A stretch of 64,000 bases of DNA from NCBI GenBank assembly GCA_963816145.1, contig CAWFJP010000001.1:256001-320000 (forward strand), in the 5' to 3' direction. This DNA comes from an uncultured delta proteobacterium (lineage in GTDB: Bacteria; Desulfobacterota; Binatia; UBA9968). Of the stretch, positions 40,352 to 49,171 are shown in pieces (within the stretch, counting starts at the first letter, position 1; each line of letters starts with the position of its first letter). The notes beneath the pieces were generated by a model, which worked only from the letters and a program-made list of their open reading frames with translations, was not told the DNA's origin and did no database searches. The position numbers and the translations under genes were made by a program.

Positions 40352-40621
40352 ATGGCTGATCTCTCGGAGGACCAAAAGAAATCCTATTGGCGTTACAACA
40401 TCTCACTGACGACCGTCCTGTTGATTATTTGGTTCGTCGTCACTTATCTCGTCTCCGGTCTCTGGGCCGCTAGTCTCAACAACTTCTCCTTTCTCGGTTT
40501 TCCGCTCGGCTACTACATGGCCGCACAAGGCTCGTTGGCGATCTTCGTCATCGAGATCGCTGTGTACGCCTGGCTTATGAACAAGCTGGATATCAAATAC
40601 GGCATCCGTGAGGAGGGTTGA
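40352..40621 (+). CDS. DUF4212 small solute-symporter-associated membrane protein
   Basis: YWRYN...IWF...GFPLGYYMAAQGS...MNKLD; RBS GGAGG. Confidence 0.9.
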   Translation: MADLSEDQKKSYWRYNISLTTVLLIIWFVVTYLVSGLWAASLNNFSFLGFPLGYYMAAQGSLAIFVIEIAVYAWLMNKLDIKYGIREEG

Positions 40622-40624
40622 GCC

Positions 40625-42553
40625 ATGAGTCTCGGAAAAATCTTTGGCCTTTATACCGTCTGCTTTCTCGGCGTCACCATTTTGATCGGCTTGGCGGAGA
40701 AGTTTCTCGGCCTGTCGCCGCAATGGATCGGCTGGATCTTCATGGGCCTCTCGCTGGGCATCTACATCGTCATCGGTATCGTCACGCGCACGTCCAACCC
40801 GGATCAATACTATGTCGCTGGCCGCGGCGTGCCGGCCGTGTTTAACGGGATGGCGACAGGTTCGGACTGGATGTCGGCCGCATCGTTTATTTCCATGGCC
40901 GGTGCTCTCTCGGCCCAGGGTTTTGCCGGTCTCGCCTACGTAATGGGCTGGACTGGCGGCTACTTGCTGCTCGCCGTGTTTCTCGGTCCTTATCTGCGGC
41001 AATTTGGCGCTTACACGATTCCCGACTTCCTTGGCGCGCGCTACGGTGGCAACCTGGCGCGCGTCATCGGCGTCATCGCAGCGATTGCATGTTCATTTAC
41101 CTACTTGATCGCGCAGGTCACCGGCGTTGGCTTGATCGTATCGCGGTTCATCGGCTTGGATTTTTCGATCGGTGTCTTTGCCGGATTGATCGGAGTGCTC
41201 TTTTGCTCGGTTCTCGGCGGCATGAAATCGGTCACTTGGACACAAGTCGCCCAGTATATCATCTTGATCGTTTCGTACCTGGTGCCGGTCGTTTACCTTT
41301 CGTACCAGCTATTTTCGATACCCGTTCCAGAATTGAGCTATGGACGGGTACTACAAATCAACAATGGTAAGGCGCTCGAAATCACGCGCGATTCCAAGGA
41401 AAAAGAAACGCGCGCGCTCTGGAAGAAAGATGCCGACGACGCTAATGCGAAAATCAAAGTCGGCAATCTCACCGATGCGGAAACCGACAAACTGAAGGCG
41501 ACGGCTAAAACCGCCACCCAGCAAGCCACCGCGCCCGCAGCGAGTGACGACGCCAAAGTTGGCCGATATTTGACCGTGCCGAGCGGCGTGGGAATGTGGA
41601 ACTTTCTCGCCCTGACTTTTTGCTTGATGGTCGGCACGGCGGGACTGCCGCATATCCTCACGCGCTATTACACCACGCCATCGGTTCGCCAAGCGCGCAC
41701 CTCAGTGGCATGGTCACTCTTTTTCATCTTTCTGCTTTATTTCACCGCACCGGCCTACGCCGCTTTCGCCCGGTTTACGATCTACGTCAAACTGGTCGGC
41801 ACCAATATAGCCGACTTGCCGCGCTGGATCACTCTCTGGCAGCCGGCAGGGCTTTTCGAAGTCGTCGATAAGAATGGTGATGGCATCGTTCAGTGGGCTG
41901 ATTTCGTGGTCAAGTCAACGGACTTCGTCGTGTTGTCCATGCCTGAGGTTGCCGGGCTACCGTTCGTGATCACCGGTCTGGTCATGGCCGGTGGTCTTGC
42001 GGCTGCGCTCTCCACCGCGGACGGCTTGTTGCTGACCATCGCCAACGCCTTCTCCCATGACTTGTATTACAACGTGATCGACCCCAAGGCATCTCTGACC
42101 AAGAGACTTACGATCACCAAAATACTGCTGGTCGTCACCGCTCTGGTTGCCGCTTGGGTAGCGACATTCCGAGTCGCCATCATCGTTGAGTTGGTCGCCT
42201 GGGCATTTAGTTTAGCCGGGGCGTCGTTCTTTCCGGCACTGGTAATGGGCATTTGGTGGAAGCGGGCGAACAAAACTGGCGCTTGTGTTGGCATGATCGC
42301 CGGATTGGCCGTAACCGCCTATTACATGATCGGTAGCCGATTTTACGGTGTCTCTTGGTTCGGCACCCAGACCATCGCCTCGGCGGTCTTCGGTTTACCG
42401 GTGGGCTTCGTGGTCATCTGGATCGTCTCACTCATGACCGAAGCACCACCGAAAGAAGTCCAAGATCTAGTCGCCGACGTGCGCTACCCAAGGAGCGGTC
42501 AAGCCACCACTGGCGACCCATTGGGAAGAGACGCTGCTGTAGGCGCGCATTAA
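40625..42553 (+). CDS. Sodium:solute symporter, ActP/VC_2705 subfamily (acetate-type permease)
   Basis: YYVAGR, NGMATGSDWMSAASF, GTAGLPH, DKNGDGI, AAALSTADGLL. Confidence 0.9.
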   Translation: MSLGKIFGLYTVCFLGVTILIGLAEKFLGLSPQWIGWIFMGLSLGIYIVIGIVTRTSNPDQYYVAGRGVPAVFNGMATGSDWMSAASFISMAGALSAQGFAGLAYVMGWTGGYLLLAVFLGPYLRQFGAYTIPDFLGARYGGNLARVIGVIAAIACSFTYLIAQVTGVGLIVSRFIGLDFSIGVFAGLIGVLFCSVLGGMKSVTWTQVAQYIILIVSYLVPVVYLSYQLFSIPVPELSYGRVLQINNGKALEITRDSKEKETRALWKKDADDANAKIKVGNLTDAETDKLKATAKTATQQATAPAASDDAKVGRYLTVPSGVGMWNFLALTFCLMVGTAGLPHILTRYYTTPSVRQARTSVAWSLFFIFLLYFTAPAYAAFARFTIYVKLVGTNIADLPRWITLWQPAGLFEVVDKNGDGIVQWADFVVKSTDFVVLSMPEVAGLPFVITGLVMAGGLAAALSTADGLLLTIANAFSHDLYYNVIDPKASLTKRLTITKILLVVTALVAAWVATFRVAIIVELVAWAFSLAGASFFPALVMGIWWKRANKTGACVGMIAGLAVTAYYMIGSRFYGVSWFGTQTIASAVFGLPVGFVVIWIVSLMTEAPPKEVQDLVADVRYPRSGQATTGDPLGRDAAVGAH

Positions 42554-42566
42554 GAACTCCTTCACA

Positions 42567-42598
42567 CCGGGGCGAGGCGAAATTGCACCTCGCCCCGG
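42567..42598. repeat. REP-like GC hairpin downstream of the symporter
   Basis: CCGGGGCGAGG-cgaaattgca-CCTCGCCCCGG, no U tail. Confidence 0.6.
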
Positions 42599-42613
42599 CG
42601 GACCATCGCTACC

Positions 42614-42892
42614 TTGACCGATCCCGTCGCCCAAATCATTTTACTGCTGCGTTTCTTCTGCTTCATGGCGGTGTTCTATCTCGCCTTGCACAAGATCATC
42701 GCGCGCTGGATCCGCAAGCCGGATAGCAAACTGCTGTGGTTCTTCGCCGTGATCACCGCGCCGCTCACTTCGCCGGTGAAAAAATGGTCAAACCCAGACG
42801 CAACCGATGACCAAATCGTCACCTATGCCCTGATTTTTTACGGGCTCGTCTGGATGCTGCTCATATTCGCTGGCCGCTATTGGTTAAATTGA
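42614..42892 (+). CDS. Small membrane protein (YggT-like)
   Basis: 92 aa, TM helices, FFAVITAPL motif. Confidence 0.55.
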   Translation: MTDPVAQIILLLRFFCFMAVFYLALHKIIARWIRKPDSKLLWFFAVITAPLTSPVKKWSNPDATDDQIVTYALIFYGLVWMLLIFAGRYWLN

Positions 42893-43009
42893 GCTTGCTG
42901 AATCAGCGCGGCGCTGTTTGCTCAAGCACGCCTCGTCGCACTAGATTGACACCATGACCCTAAATAGTGATCAGAATCGGCAAACCCTACATTTGCGGTG
43001 AGTTCGCAC

Positions 43010-44413
43010 ATGACTTTCAACGACGCCACACTCGCCCTGCCGGTAAAGCAACTGATCAAGCGCGCGCCGTTAATCGTCGACCCCGATGTCAACGTCGCCC
43101 AAGCCGCCCAAGCGATGCAAACCGCAAGGGTCGGCTCCATACTCATCGGCAGTGAACCGCCTGGTATCGTCACTGACCGAGATCTGCGCGGTCGGGTTCT
43201 TGCCGCCGGTCTCGGGTCGGATACCGTCATCAGCCAAGTCATGTCACGGCCATTGGTTACCATCGACTCCGGGGCGCCGGCGTTCGCCGCCCTGCGCCTC
43301 ATGCTCGAAGAAAACATCCATCATCTGATCGTAACCGAGGAAGGGAAAATCGTCGGTGTCATCAGTGCCACCGATCTATTGCTGCTGGACGGACAGAATC
43401 CGCTTTATCTGCGCAGCGTGATTGAGAAATGGGGCGAATCTCACGTAGCTGCGGTGAATTACGCCGAGGAGATCGGCAATCTAGTGCACACTCTCCACGA
43501 CAGCGGCCTGGCGGCGATTCACATCAGCCAGCTCGTCTCCAGCCTTAACGACGCTTTGGTCAAACGTTTCGTCGCTCTCGCGGTTGAACGACTCGGCCCT
43601 GCGCCGACGCCATTTGCCTGGATCGTCTTCGGCTCCGAAGGACGGCTCGAACAGACGCTTCTCACCGATCAGGACAACGCGCTGATTTACCAACACGACT
43701 CCGATGCCGCGCGCGATTATTTCGCCGCGCTGGCCAAGCAAGTTGTCGACGCTTTAATTAAAGCCGGTTTCCCGCCCTGCGCCGGCGGTTTCATGGCGAC
43801 CCATTGGTGTAAGCCGCTCGCGGCGTGGCAAGAACTTTTTACCGACTGGATACGCCTGCCCAAGCCGCAAGCGCTGCTTGACGCGGCGATCTTTTTCGAT
43901 TTTCGTCCGGTGGCCGGAACCCTTCCGTTAAATGCGTTGGAAGAAATCGTCGGCGCCGCCAAATCCGAGAAACTGTTTCTCTCCCACTTGGCCCGCGGCG
44001 CGCTCGATTTTTATCCGCCCTTGGGATTCTTCAATCGCCTGCGCAGCGAAAACGGCAAAATCGACTTAAAAAAAGGCGCCATCGCGCCGATCGTCGGATT
44101 AGCCCGCGTCGCCGCCATCGCCGCTGGTGCGCGCGAGCGCTCGACACTCGAACGGCTCGAGATCGTGAAGACTTCCAGCTCCCTGCTGAGCCGCGACGAT
44201 GCGACAACCCTCGCAGATATTTTCCCAATGCTTTTTCAACTTCGCCTGAGCGCGCAACTCAGCGCCCGTGCGTCGAAGGCCAGCATTGATCACAACGTGC
44301 GCCTGGCAGATTTGACAGAATTACAACGACGCCATCTCAAAGAAGCCCTCGTCATTATCAAGCAAATCCAAAACGGCGTTCGCGCAGCCTGGCAGCTTGA
44401 CCAGTTGGCTTAG
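43010..44413 (+). CDS. CBS-pair + DUF294 putative nucleotidyltransferase
   Basis: GIVTDRDLR CBS pair; GSEGRLEQ...TDQDNAL NTase motif; FFDFR; IDLKKG. Confidence 0.88.
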   Translation: MTFNDATLALPVKQLIKRAPLIVDPDVNVAQAAQAMQTARVGSILIGSEPPGIVTDRDLRGRVLAAGLGSDTVISQVMSRPLVTIDSGAPAFAALRLMLEENIHHLIVTEEGKIVGVISATDLLLLDGQNPLYLRSVIEKWGESHVAAVNYAEEIGNLVHTLHDSGLAAIHISQLVSSLNDALVKRFVALAVERLGPAPTPFAWIVFGSEGRLEQTLLTDQDNALIYQHDSDAARDYFAALAKQVVDALIKAGFPPCAGGFMATHWCKPLAAWQELFTDWIRLPKPQALLDAAIFFDFRPVAGTLPLNALEEIVGAAKSEKLFLSHLARGALDFYPPLGFFNRLRSENGKIDLKKGAIAPIVGLARVAAIAAGARERSTLERLEIVKTSSSLLSRDDATTLADIFPMLFQLRLSAQLSARASKASIDHNVRLADLTELQRRHLKEALVIIKQIQNGVRAAWQLDQLA

Positions 44414-45204
44414 TCCTGCCAATCAAACCTTGCCATGATCGCGATATGATCCGACGGTTCTTCCGCCGACGGCAGGATGGTCTGGCCATCGATCCGGCGC
44501 ACCACTGACGCCTCGGCGTACAGTCCTCGCGAGTAGAATAGATAATCGATCAGCCGCGCGCTGCCGCCGATGTTGCAGCTAGAGACATCCGACATGGAGT
44601 GGTGGGCGAATTGCAGGCCCGATTGCAGAACCACCGCGACAATCTCGCTTTCCGCTGTGACATTGAAATCGCCACTGATGATCCAAGCGCTGGCGTCGGC
44701 AGCGCGGCTTTGGTATTCCGTCAAGCATTGTTGCACTTGACGCAAGCCGCGCCGGACTTCCCGGCTGGTGTTGGGCGGGTCCCAGGTCAGATGCGTGTTG
44801 ATCACGCCGAGTGTCTTGTCGCCGTTACGCAACATTGCCACCTGGGCGATGTAGCCGGTATCCTGCACAACGCCGGCGCCATCAGCGTAGGCGATGATCC
44901 GCGAGCCAATCCAGTCAAAGCGCGCCCGCCGATAGAAAACCGCCAGTCCCTCGGGCCTGCCTGCCAGCTTCCGCGCATACTCACCACCATAGCCGCGCTC
45001 GCCGAGAAAGGTGCGCAAGGCGACGAAAGTTTCCGGCTCGACTTCCTGCAGGCAAAAAAGATCGGCGTTGAGTTTACAAATATGCTGCACCAACGCCGGC
45101 ACACGCCATGCGGGATCCAACACCAAAGCCGGAGTGCGCCGGTACCAGGCGCGCTGAATGTACGCGCTGGCAAGAACATTATAGGAGGCCGCGATGAACG
45201 ACAT
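44410..45204 (-). CDS. Endonuclease/exonuclease/phosphatase, CCR4/nocturnin-like
   Basis: SYNVLA, CLQEV, NTHL, GDFN, IDYLF and PSDH motifs; likely start ATG 45204. Confidence 0.8.
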   Translation of the reverse strand: MSFIAASYNVLASAYIQRAWYRRTPALVLDPAWRVPALVQHICKLNADLFCLQEVEPETFVALRTFLGERGYGGEYARKLAGRPEGLAVFYRRARFDWIGSRIIAYADGAGVVQDTGYIAQVAMLRNGDKTLGVINTHLTWDPPNTSREVRRGLRQVQQCLTEYQSRAADASAWIISGDFNVTAESEIVAVVLQSGLQFAHHSMSDVSSCNIGGSARLIDYLFYSRGLYAEASVVRRIDGQTILPSAEEPSDHIAIMARFDWQD

Positions 45205-45339
45205 AGAAGATTGGTTATTCCAGCCCTGCGCCCGATGCAAGCTCATTCCTTTTTTGCGTTCCTTGCGTTGCAATGGTTTAGAATTTGCCTGGGGAATGCA
45301 AATGATCCGTGCGGCGAACGCTCTCGGACCCGGGTAATT

Positions 45340-45497
45340 TTCCCGAAAAGCCTGTCCTGAGCTTCGTCGAAGGGGCGCAAAGTTCGGAATTGTTGTCATT
45401 TCGACCCTTGGGAGAAATCTTTCTTAGATCCCTCGTGTTTCCTCGGCATGACGGGCATCGCCCGTCACCTTTGCGGCCTTGGCGTCTTTGCGGGAGA
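45340..45497. repeat. Composite nested palindromic repeat element
   Basis: Nonamer arms (cgcaaag / ctttgcggccttggcgtctttgcgggaga) enclosing cctgtcctgagcttcgtcgaagg and a gtcatttcgac...ctcggcatgac element. Confidence 0.75.
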
Positions 45498-45517
45498 TAA
45501 TCCGAATCCTAATGGAC

Positions 45518-45553
45518 AAAAAAAGGGGGCGGAAGTGACTCCGTCCCCTTTTT
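45518..45553 (-). terminator. Intrinsic terminator of the peroxiredoxin/glutaredoxin operon
   Basis: GGGGACGGA/TCCGCCCCC stem followed by T7 on the minus strand. Confidence 0.75.
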
Positions 45554-45582
45554 CGTCGATGAATTGACGATTCGCTGATCGG

Positions 45583-45822
45583 CTACAGGAACTTTCCGAC
45601 AAGAAATTGATTGATCTCCTCGGAACCCTTGATCAGCTTGCCATCGATCACCAACACCGGCACGGTTTTAGCGCCGGTGAGTTGAATCAGCTCCTTCTCG
45701 TTGTCCGGGTTTTCCCGGATATTCTTCTTGACGATTTTATCTTCGCAATGAAGATTGACCATGCAGTTGAGCACACTCTGGGAAAAGCCGCATTCATTGT
45801 AAAAGTAAAGTTCCATCGCCAT
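45583..45822 (-). CDS. Glutaredoxin-like protein, monothiol CGFS motif
   Basis: YNECGFS, TVPVLVIDG cis-Pro loop. Confidence 0.85.
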   Translation of the reverse strand: MAMELYFYNECGFSQSVLNCMVNLHCEDKIVKKNIRENPDNEKELIQLTGAKTVPVLVIDGKLIKGSEEINQFLVGKFL

Positions 45823-45827
45823 GGTCG

Positions 45828-46298
45828 TTAACCTTGGTTAATTTTTTGACACTCCGTCAACAGCTCTTTGGGATTACGTTCTCCTGCCGGTGTCACCGAT
45901 ACCGCGTAGCGCACGACGCCCTGCTTATCGATAATCACAGTGGCGCGGTCGGTGATGCCTTTGTCGTCGAGATACGCGCCATATTTCTTGGCCATATCTC
46001 CTTTGGGGTGAAAGTCTTGAAGCAGTGGGAAGGAGATGCCGCCCAGCGATTTTGCCCAGTTGTCATGGGAGAATCTGCTGTCGACGCTAACACCCAAAAC
46101 TTGGGTGTCGCAGTCCTTGAACTCGCCCTTTAGCGCTTCGAGTCCAGGAACCTCCTTGCTTCAAGTCGGTGTCCAATCCAATGGATAGAACACCAACATG
46201 ACATTTTTATGACCTTTGAACTGTTTAAGGCTGAACTTGGTTCCGGCCAAGTGACTTGCCAGCTCAAAATCGGGCGCTTCTTGTCCGACTCCGATCAT
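45828..46298 (-). CDS. Selenocysteine-containing peroxiredoxin, AhpE-like (U46, UGA at 46161-46163)
   Basis: One frame across an in-frame TGA: VFYPLDWTPT-U-SKEVPGLEALKGEFKDCDTQVLGVSVDS...LLQDFHPKG...RATVIIDKQG; the TGA is at the peroxidatic Cys position. Confidence 0.88.
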
Positions 46299-46512
46299 GA
46301 TGATTTTTCCTCCTGATAAAATTAAGCGTTTCGTCGAACGCCCGGAGGGTAATATAAGCATCGACCGGCAATTTTCAATGCGGTCGGCGCAGCAAAGCCA
46401 AATTGCAATCTAAGTTATTGCTTGCTCGAATAGAAAGAAACGCGGGGATCGTGCGCTGCCCGACGGGAGCATTTGCCCGCCGGGCAGGACGCTTAATTGG
46501 AGAAAAACAATT

Positions 46513-47016
46513 TCACTTCGCAGCGGCTAGAGCGGCGTCGTAGTTCGGATGCTCGCCGATGCTGCCGACATACTCGACATGCTTGAGCTTGTTATCAGCG
46601 CCGACGACAAAAACCGCGCGCGCCAGTACACGATCGAGCGGCCCGCCCGAAATCAAAAGGCCGTAATTCTTTCCGAACGAGGCCTCACGATGATCGCTTG
46701 CGGTGATGATCTTGTCGACGCTGGAAGCGCCGCACCAGCGCTTCTGGGCAAATGGCAGATCCATGCTGACGACAACCATCTCGACATTGTTCAGCTTGCT
46801 CGCCTCTTCGTTGAAACGCTTGGCCTCCAGATCGCACACCGGCGTATCCAACGAAGGCACGGTCGCGATAATTCTGGTTTTCCCTGCACCGCTCGCCAAC
46901 GTATAGTCGCTCATGTCGGCGCTTTTCTGAACTTTGAAATCCGGCGCAGGCTGACCGACCTTTACCTCGTTGCCCAGCAAGGTCAGAACGCTGTCCTTGA
47001 ACTTAACTGTAGCCAT
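46513..47016 (-). CDS. tpx: Thiol peroxidase (atypical 2-Cys Prx)
   Basis: VPSLDTPVC, SMDLPFAQKRWC, LARAVFV, HPNYDAAL. Confidence 0.95.
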   Translation of the reverse strand: MATVKFKDSVLTLLGNEVKVGQPAPDFKVQKSADMSDYTLASGAGKTRIIATVPSLDTPVCDLEAKRFNEEASKLNNVEMVVVSMDLPFAQKRWCGASSVDKIITASDHREASFGKNYGLLISGGPLDRVLARAVFVVGADNKLKHVEYVGSIGEHPNYDAALAAAK

Positions 47017-47085
47017 AATCTTTCCTCCTGTGATTTTTCAATTCGAAACCAACCGCAACCGTTTTACTTAGTTCAACCTAAACTA

Positions 47086-47820
47086 TCAAGGCAGATTATC
47101 TCGACCTTCTCGGCTGAATTTGAATTCAGTGCTGACATGCCCCCAAGAGGCAAATCGCGAAAATTCATGCAATACCGTCGTGGTCGGCGGCAGGATCGGA
47201 AAATCGCGCCGGTTCATGCGCGCTAACGCCTCGCCCGGCTTGATCCATAGACTGTGCGTCACCTCTTCAGAGCGTGCAAGTGGCGTTTGTCTTGGCGGCA
47301 GAACCGCGGCATAAAAACGTGTATCGAAGCGCATCGAATAGATGTCCGGCGTCACCCAATGATCGAAGTAGATGGCCCGTGAAAGATCGCAGTAAAGATT
47401 CTCCGACTCCAGAAAGCCGGCGAAGTCCAGCTCCTTTTTTACAATCGCCTGGCGTTTCTGCTCCACCCTCCGTTGGATAGCTTCATCAATCGGCTGAAAC
47501 GGCGCGCCGGACTCGGTAACGCAAAGCAGAACCCCGACCTCTTCGAACAACTCCCGCGCCACCGCCACCCAATGGCCGATGGCTTCGTCCGGCTCGTGAC
47601 GGCTGCCGAGAATCTGCCGCGCCTTCGCGCCGGTCAAGTGCCGGCAGCGCCGCAGCATCGCCGCCGAGTAATCGTCGCGATGCACCGTGCCGCCGGGAAA
47701 AACATAGAACCCGCCAAGAAAGCGCATCGTCTCCGGTCGCCGCGTCAGTAAAATATCGAAGCCGCCCTGTTCATCAGGGCGCAGCAGAACAACAGTGGAG
47801 GCGTTACGCGGTTGAACCAT
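47086..47820 (-). CDS. NUDIX hydrolase, NUDT19-like
   Basis: ASTVVLLR, FPGG, RELFEEVG, HWVTP, RFDTRFY, PPT. Confidence 0.88.
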   Translation of the reverse strand: MVQPRNASTVVLLRPDEQGGFDILLTRRPETMRFLGGFYVFPGGTVHRDDYSAAMLRRCRHLTGAKARQILGSRHEPDEAIGHWVAVARELFEEVGVLLCVTESGAPFQPIDEAIQRRVEQKRQAIVKKELDFAGFLESENLYCDLSRAIYFDHWVTPDIYSMRFDTRFYAAVLPPRQTPLARSEEVTHSLWIKPGEALARMNRRDFPILPPTTTVLHEFSRFASWGHVSTEFKFSREGRDNLP

Positions 47821-47836
47821 ATCTCACGTTAGCGGC

Positions 47837-47906
47837 CGTAAAGGGTTAGGCGTGAAGGGTAAGGGGATTTTCGGACGCCCTTACCCCTTGCCCCTCACCC
47901 CTTACG
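47837..47906. repeat. Palindromic heptamer element (GTAAGGG/CCCTTAC)
   Basis: cgtaaagggttaggcgtgaagggtaagggg / cccttaccccttgcccctcaccccttacg. Confidence 0.85.
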
Positions 47907-47914
47907 ATTTTCGG

Positions 47915-48967
47915 CTATTTCCGGCCGATTTCCCGCAGCAATTTCTCCCACTTCTCACTTTCCTTTTCGTACATCTCCACGGTCATGCCGGCTTCGGCAT
48001 AGAAGCGCTTGAACGCCGGCTTGTTGAGTGCGCTGTCGAGGCCGTATTTGCCGAGAAACTTCTGCCCCTCGGGGCTCAGCAGGAAATCGCCGAACAGCAG
48101 CGCCCCGTACGGATGCGGTGCATTCACGGGCACAGCCACACCGCCGGCGTTGGTCGGCACCAGATCCATAGGCAGCCATTTGATCGGCGCGCCCTTGGCG
48201 ATCGATACCCGCGAATGGCTCTGAAAAACCGTCGGTGAAACACCCAACTCTCCTGAGATCACCAGGTCGAGAATCGCCCGGCCGGATACCGGATGCAGAC
48301 TGATCTGCTGCGATTTCAATTTTTGGATGTACTCAGCGCCCTTGCTCGCCAGCATGGCCGCAATGACGCGGGAACCGGTGTCGGTCGTGGCAAAACCGAT
48401 TTTGCCCTTCAGTTCCGGTTTCAGCAGATCGTCGAAGTTTTTCGGAATCGCGTTGCCCTGCACGGAATTCGTGTTGTAGGCCAGGCTAATGTAAGACTCA
48501 CGGTCGGTGGCCCAATACACCAGCGCCCTGTCTGCTTTCTCCTTGGTCTCGTCCGGGTAAGCTGACAGATAAGGCGAAAAATACGGCTGCAATAGTTTCA
48601 GCTCTTGAGTCACCTTCAAAACCGGGAACGTCGTCTCGATGGTATCGACGATGTACCTCTTCGCTTGCGCCTCCTGCATGATCCGCGACATCAAAGCATC
48701 GCTGTCGCCGCGATAGACTTCGACGGCGACGCCCGGATATTTGGCGTTGAAGACCTTGGGCATGTCGGTGTTCGGCCCGCCGGTGAGCGATGTGTACCAA
48801 GTCACCACGCCTTCTTTCTTCGCGCCTTCATACAGCATCTTCTCGCGGTCGGGCCGGTTGTACGCCGCCAGCTCCGCCATCGATCTCGGCTTGCCGCTCT
48901 GTGCCGAACTCGGGATTGGCGCGCAAAGTGGAATTAGCAGTATTAAAACGATCAAGCGCATCAACAT
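47915..48967 (-). CDS. Extracellular solute-binding protein (family 1)
   Basis: Signal peptide; GAKKEGVVTWYTS, LAYNT, DDLLKPELKGK, PHPYGALLFGDFLLS. Confidence 0.88.
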   Translation of the reverse strand: MLMRLIVLILLIPLCAPIPSSAQSGKPRSMAELAAYNRPDREKMLYEGAKKEGVVTWYTSLTGGPNTDMPKVFNAKYPGVAVEVYRGDSDALMSRIMQEAQAKRYIVDTIETTFPVLKVTQELKLLQPYFSPYLSAYPDETKEKADRALVYWATDRESYISLAYNTNSVQGNAIPKNFDDLLKPELKGKIGFATTDTGSRVIAAMLASKGAEYIQKLKSQQISLHPVSGRAILDLVISGELGVSPTVFQSHSRVSIAKGAPIKWLPMDLVPTNAGGVAVPVNAPHPYGALLFGDFLLSPEGQKFLGKYGLDSALNKPAFKRFYAEAGMTVEMYEKESEKWEKLLREIGRK

Positions 48968-48996
48968 TCTCCAATTTTTTTCCGGATTCAGATTAT

Positions 48997-49168
48997 CTCC
49001 CGCAAAGCCTGTCCTGAGCTTTGTCGAAGGGGTGCAAAGACGCCAAGTTCGGAAATATGATTTCGGAAATTTGTTCTTGTTATTTTGATAAACTTTGCAT
49101 CTTGGCGCGTTGGCGGGAGAATCTCTCGATTCCGAAAACCCCTAACCCTTCACCCCTCACGCCTTACG
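48997..49168. repeat. Composite nonamer palindromic element plus heptamer half element
   Basis: tctcccgcaaag-cctgtcctgagctttgtcgaagg-ggtgcaaagacgccaag...ctttgcatcttggcgcgttggcgggaga; then cctaacccttcacccctcacgccttacg. Confidence 0.75.
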
Positions 49169-49171
49169 TTC

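Noticed and set aside
45205-45399. Long N-terminal extension of the EEP ORF
   Set aside because: It is partly translated intergenic repeat sequence; the family motif begins right after ATG 45204.
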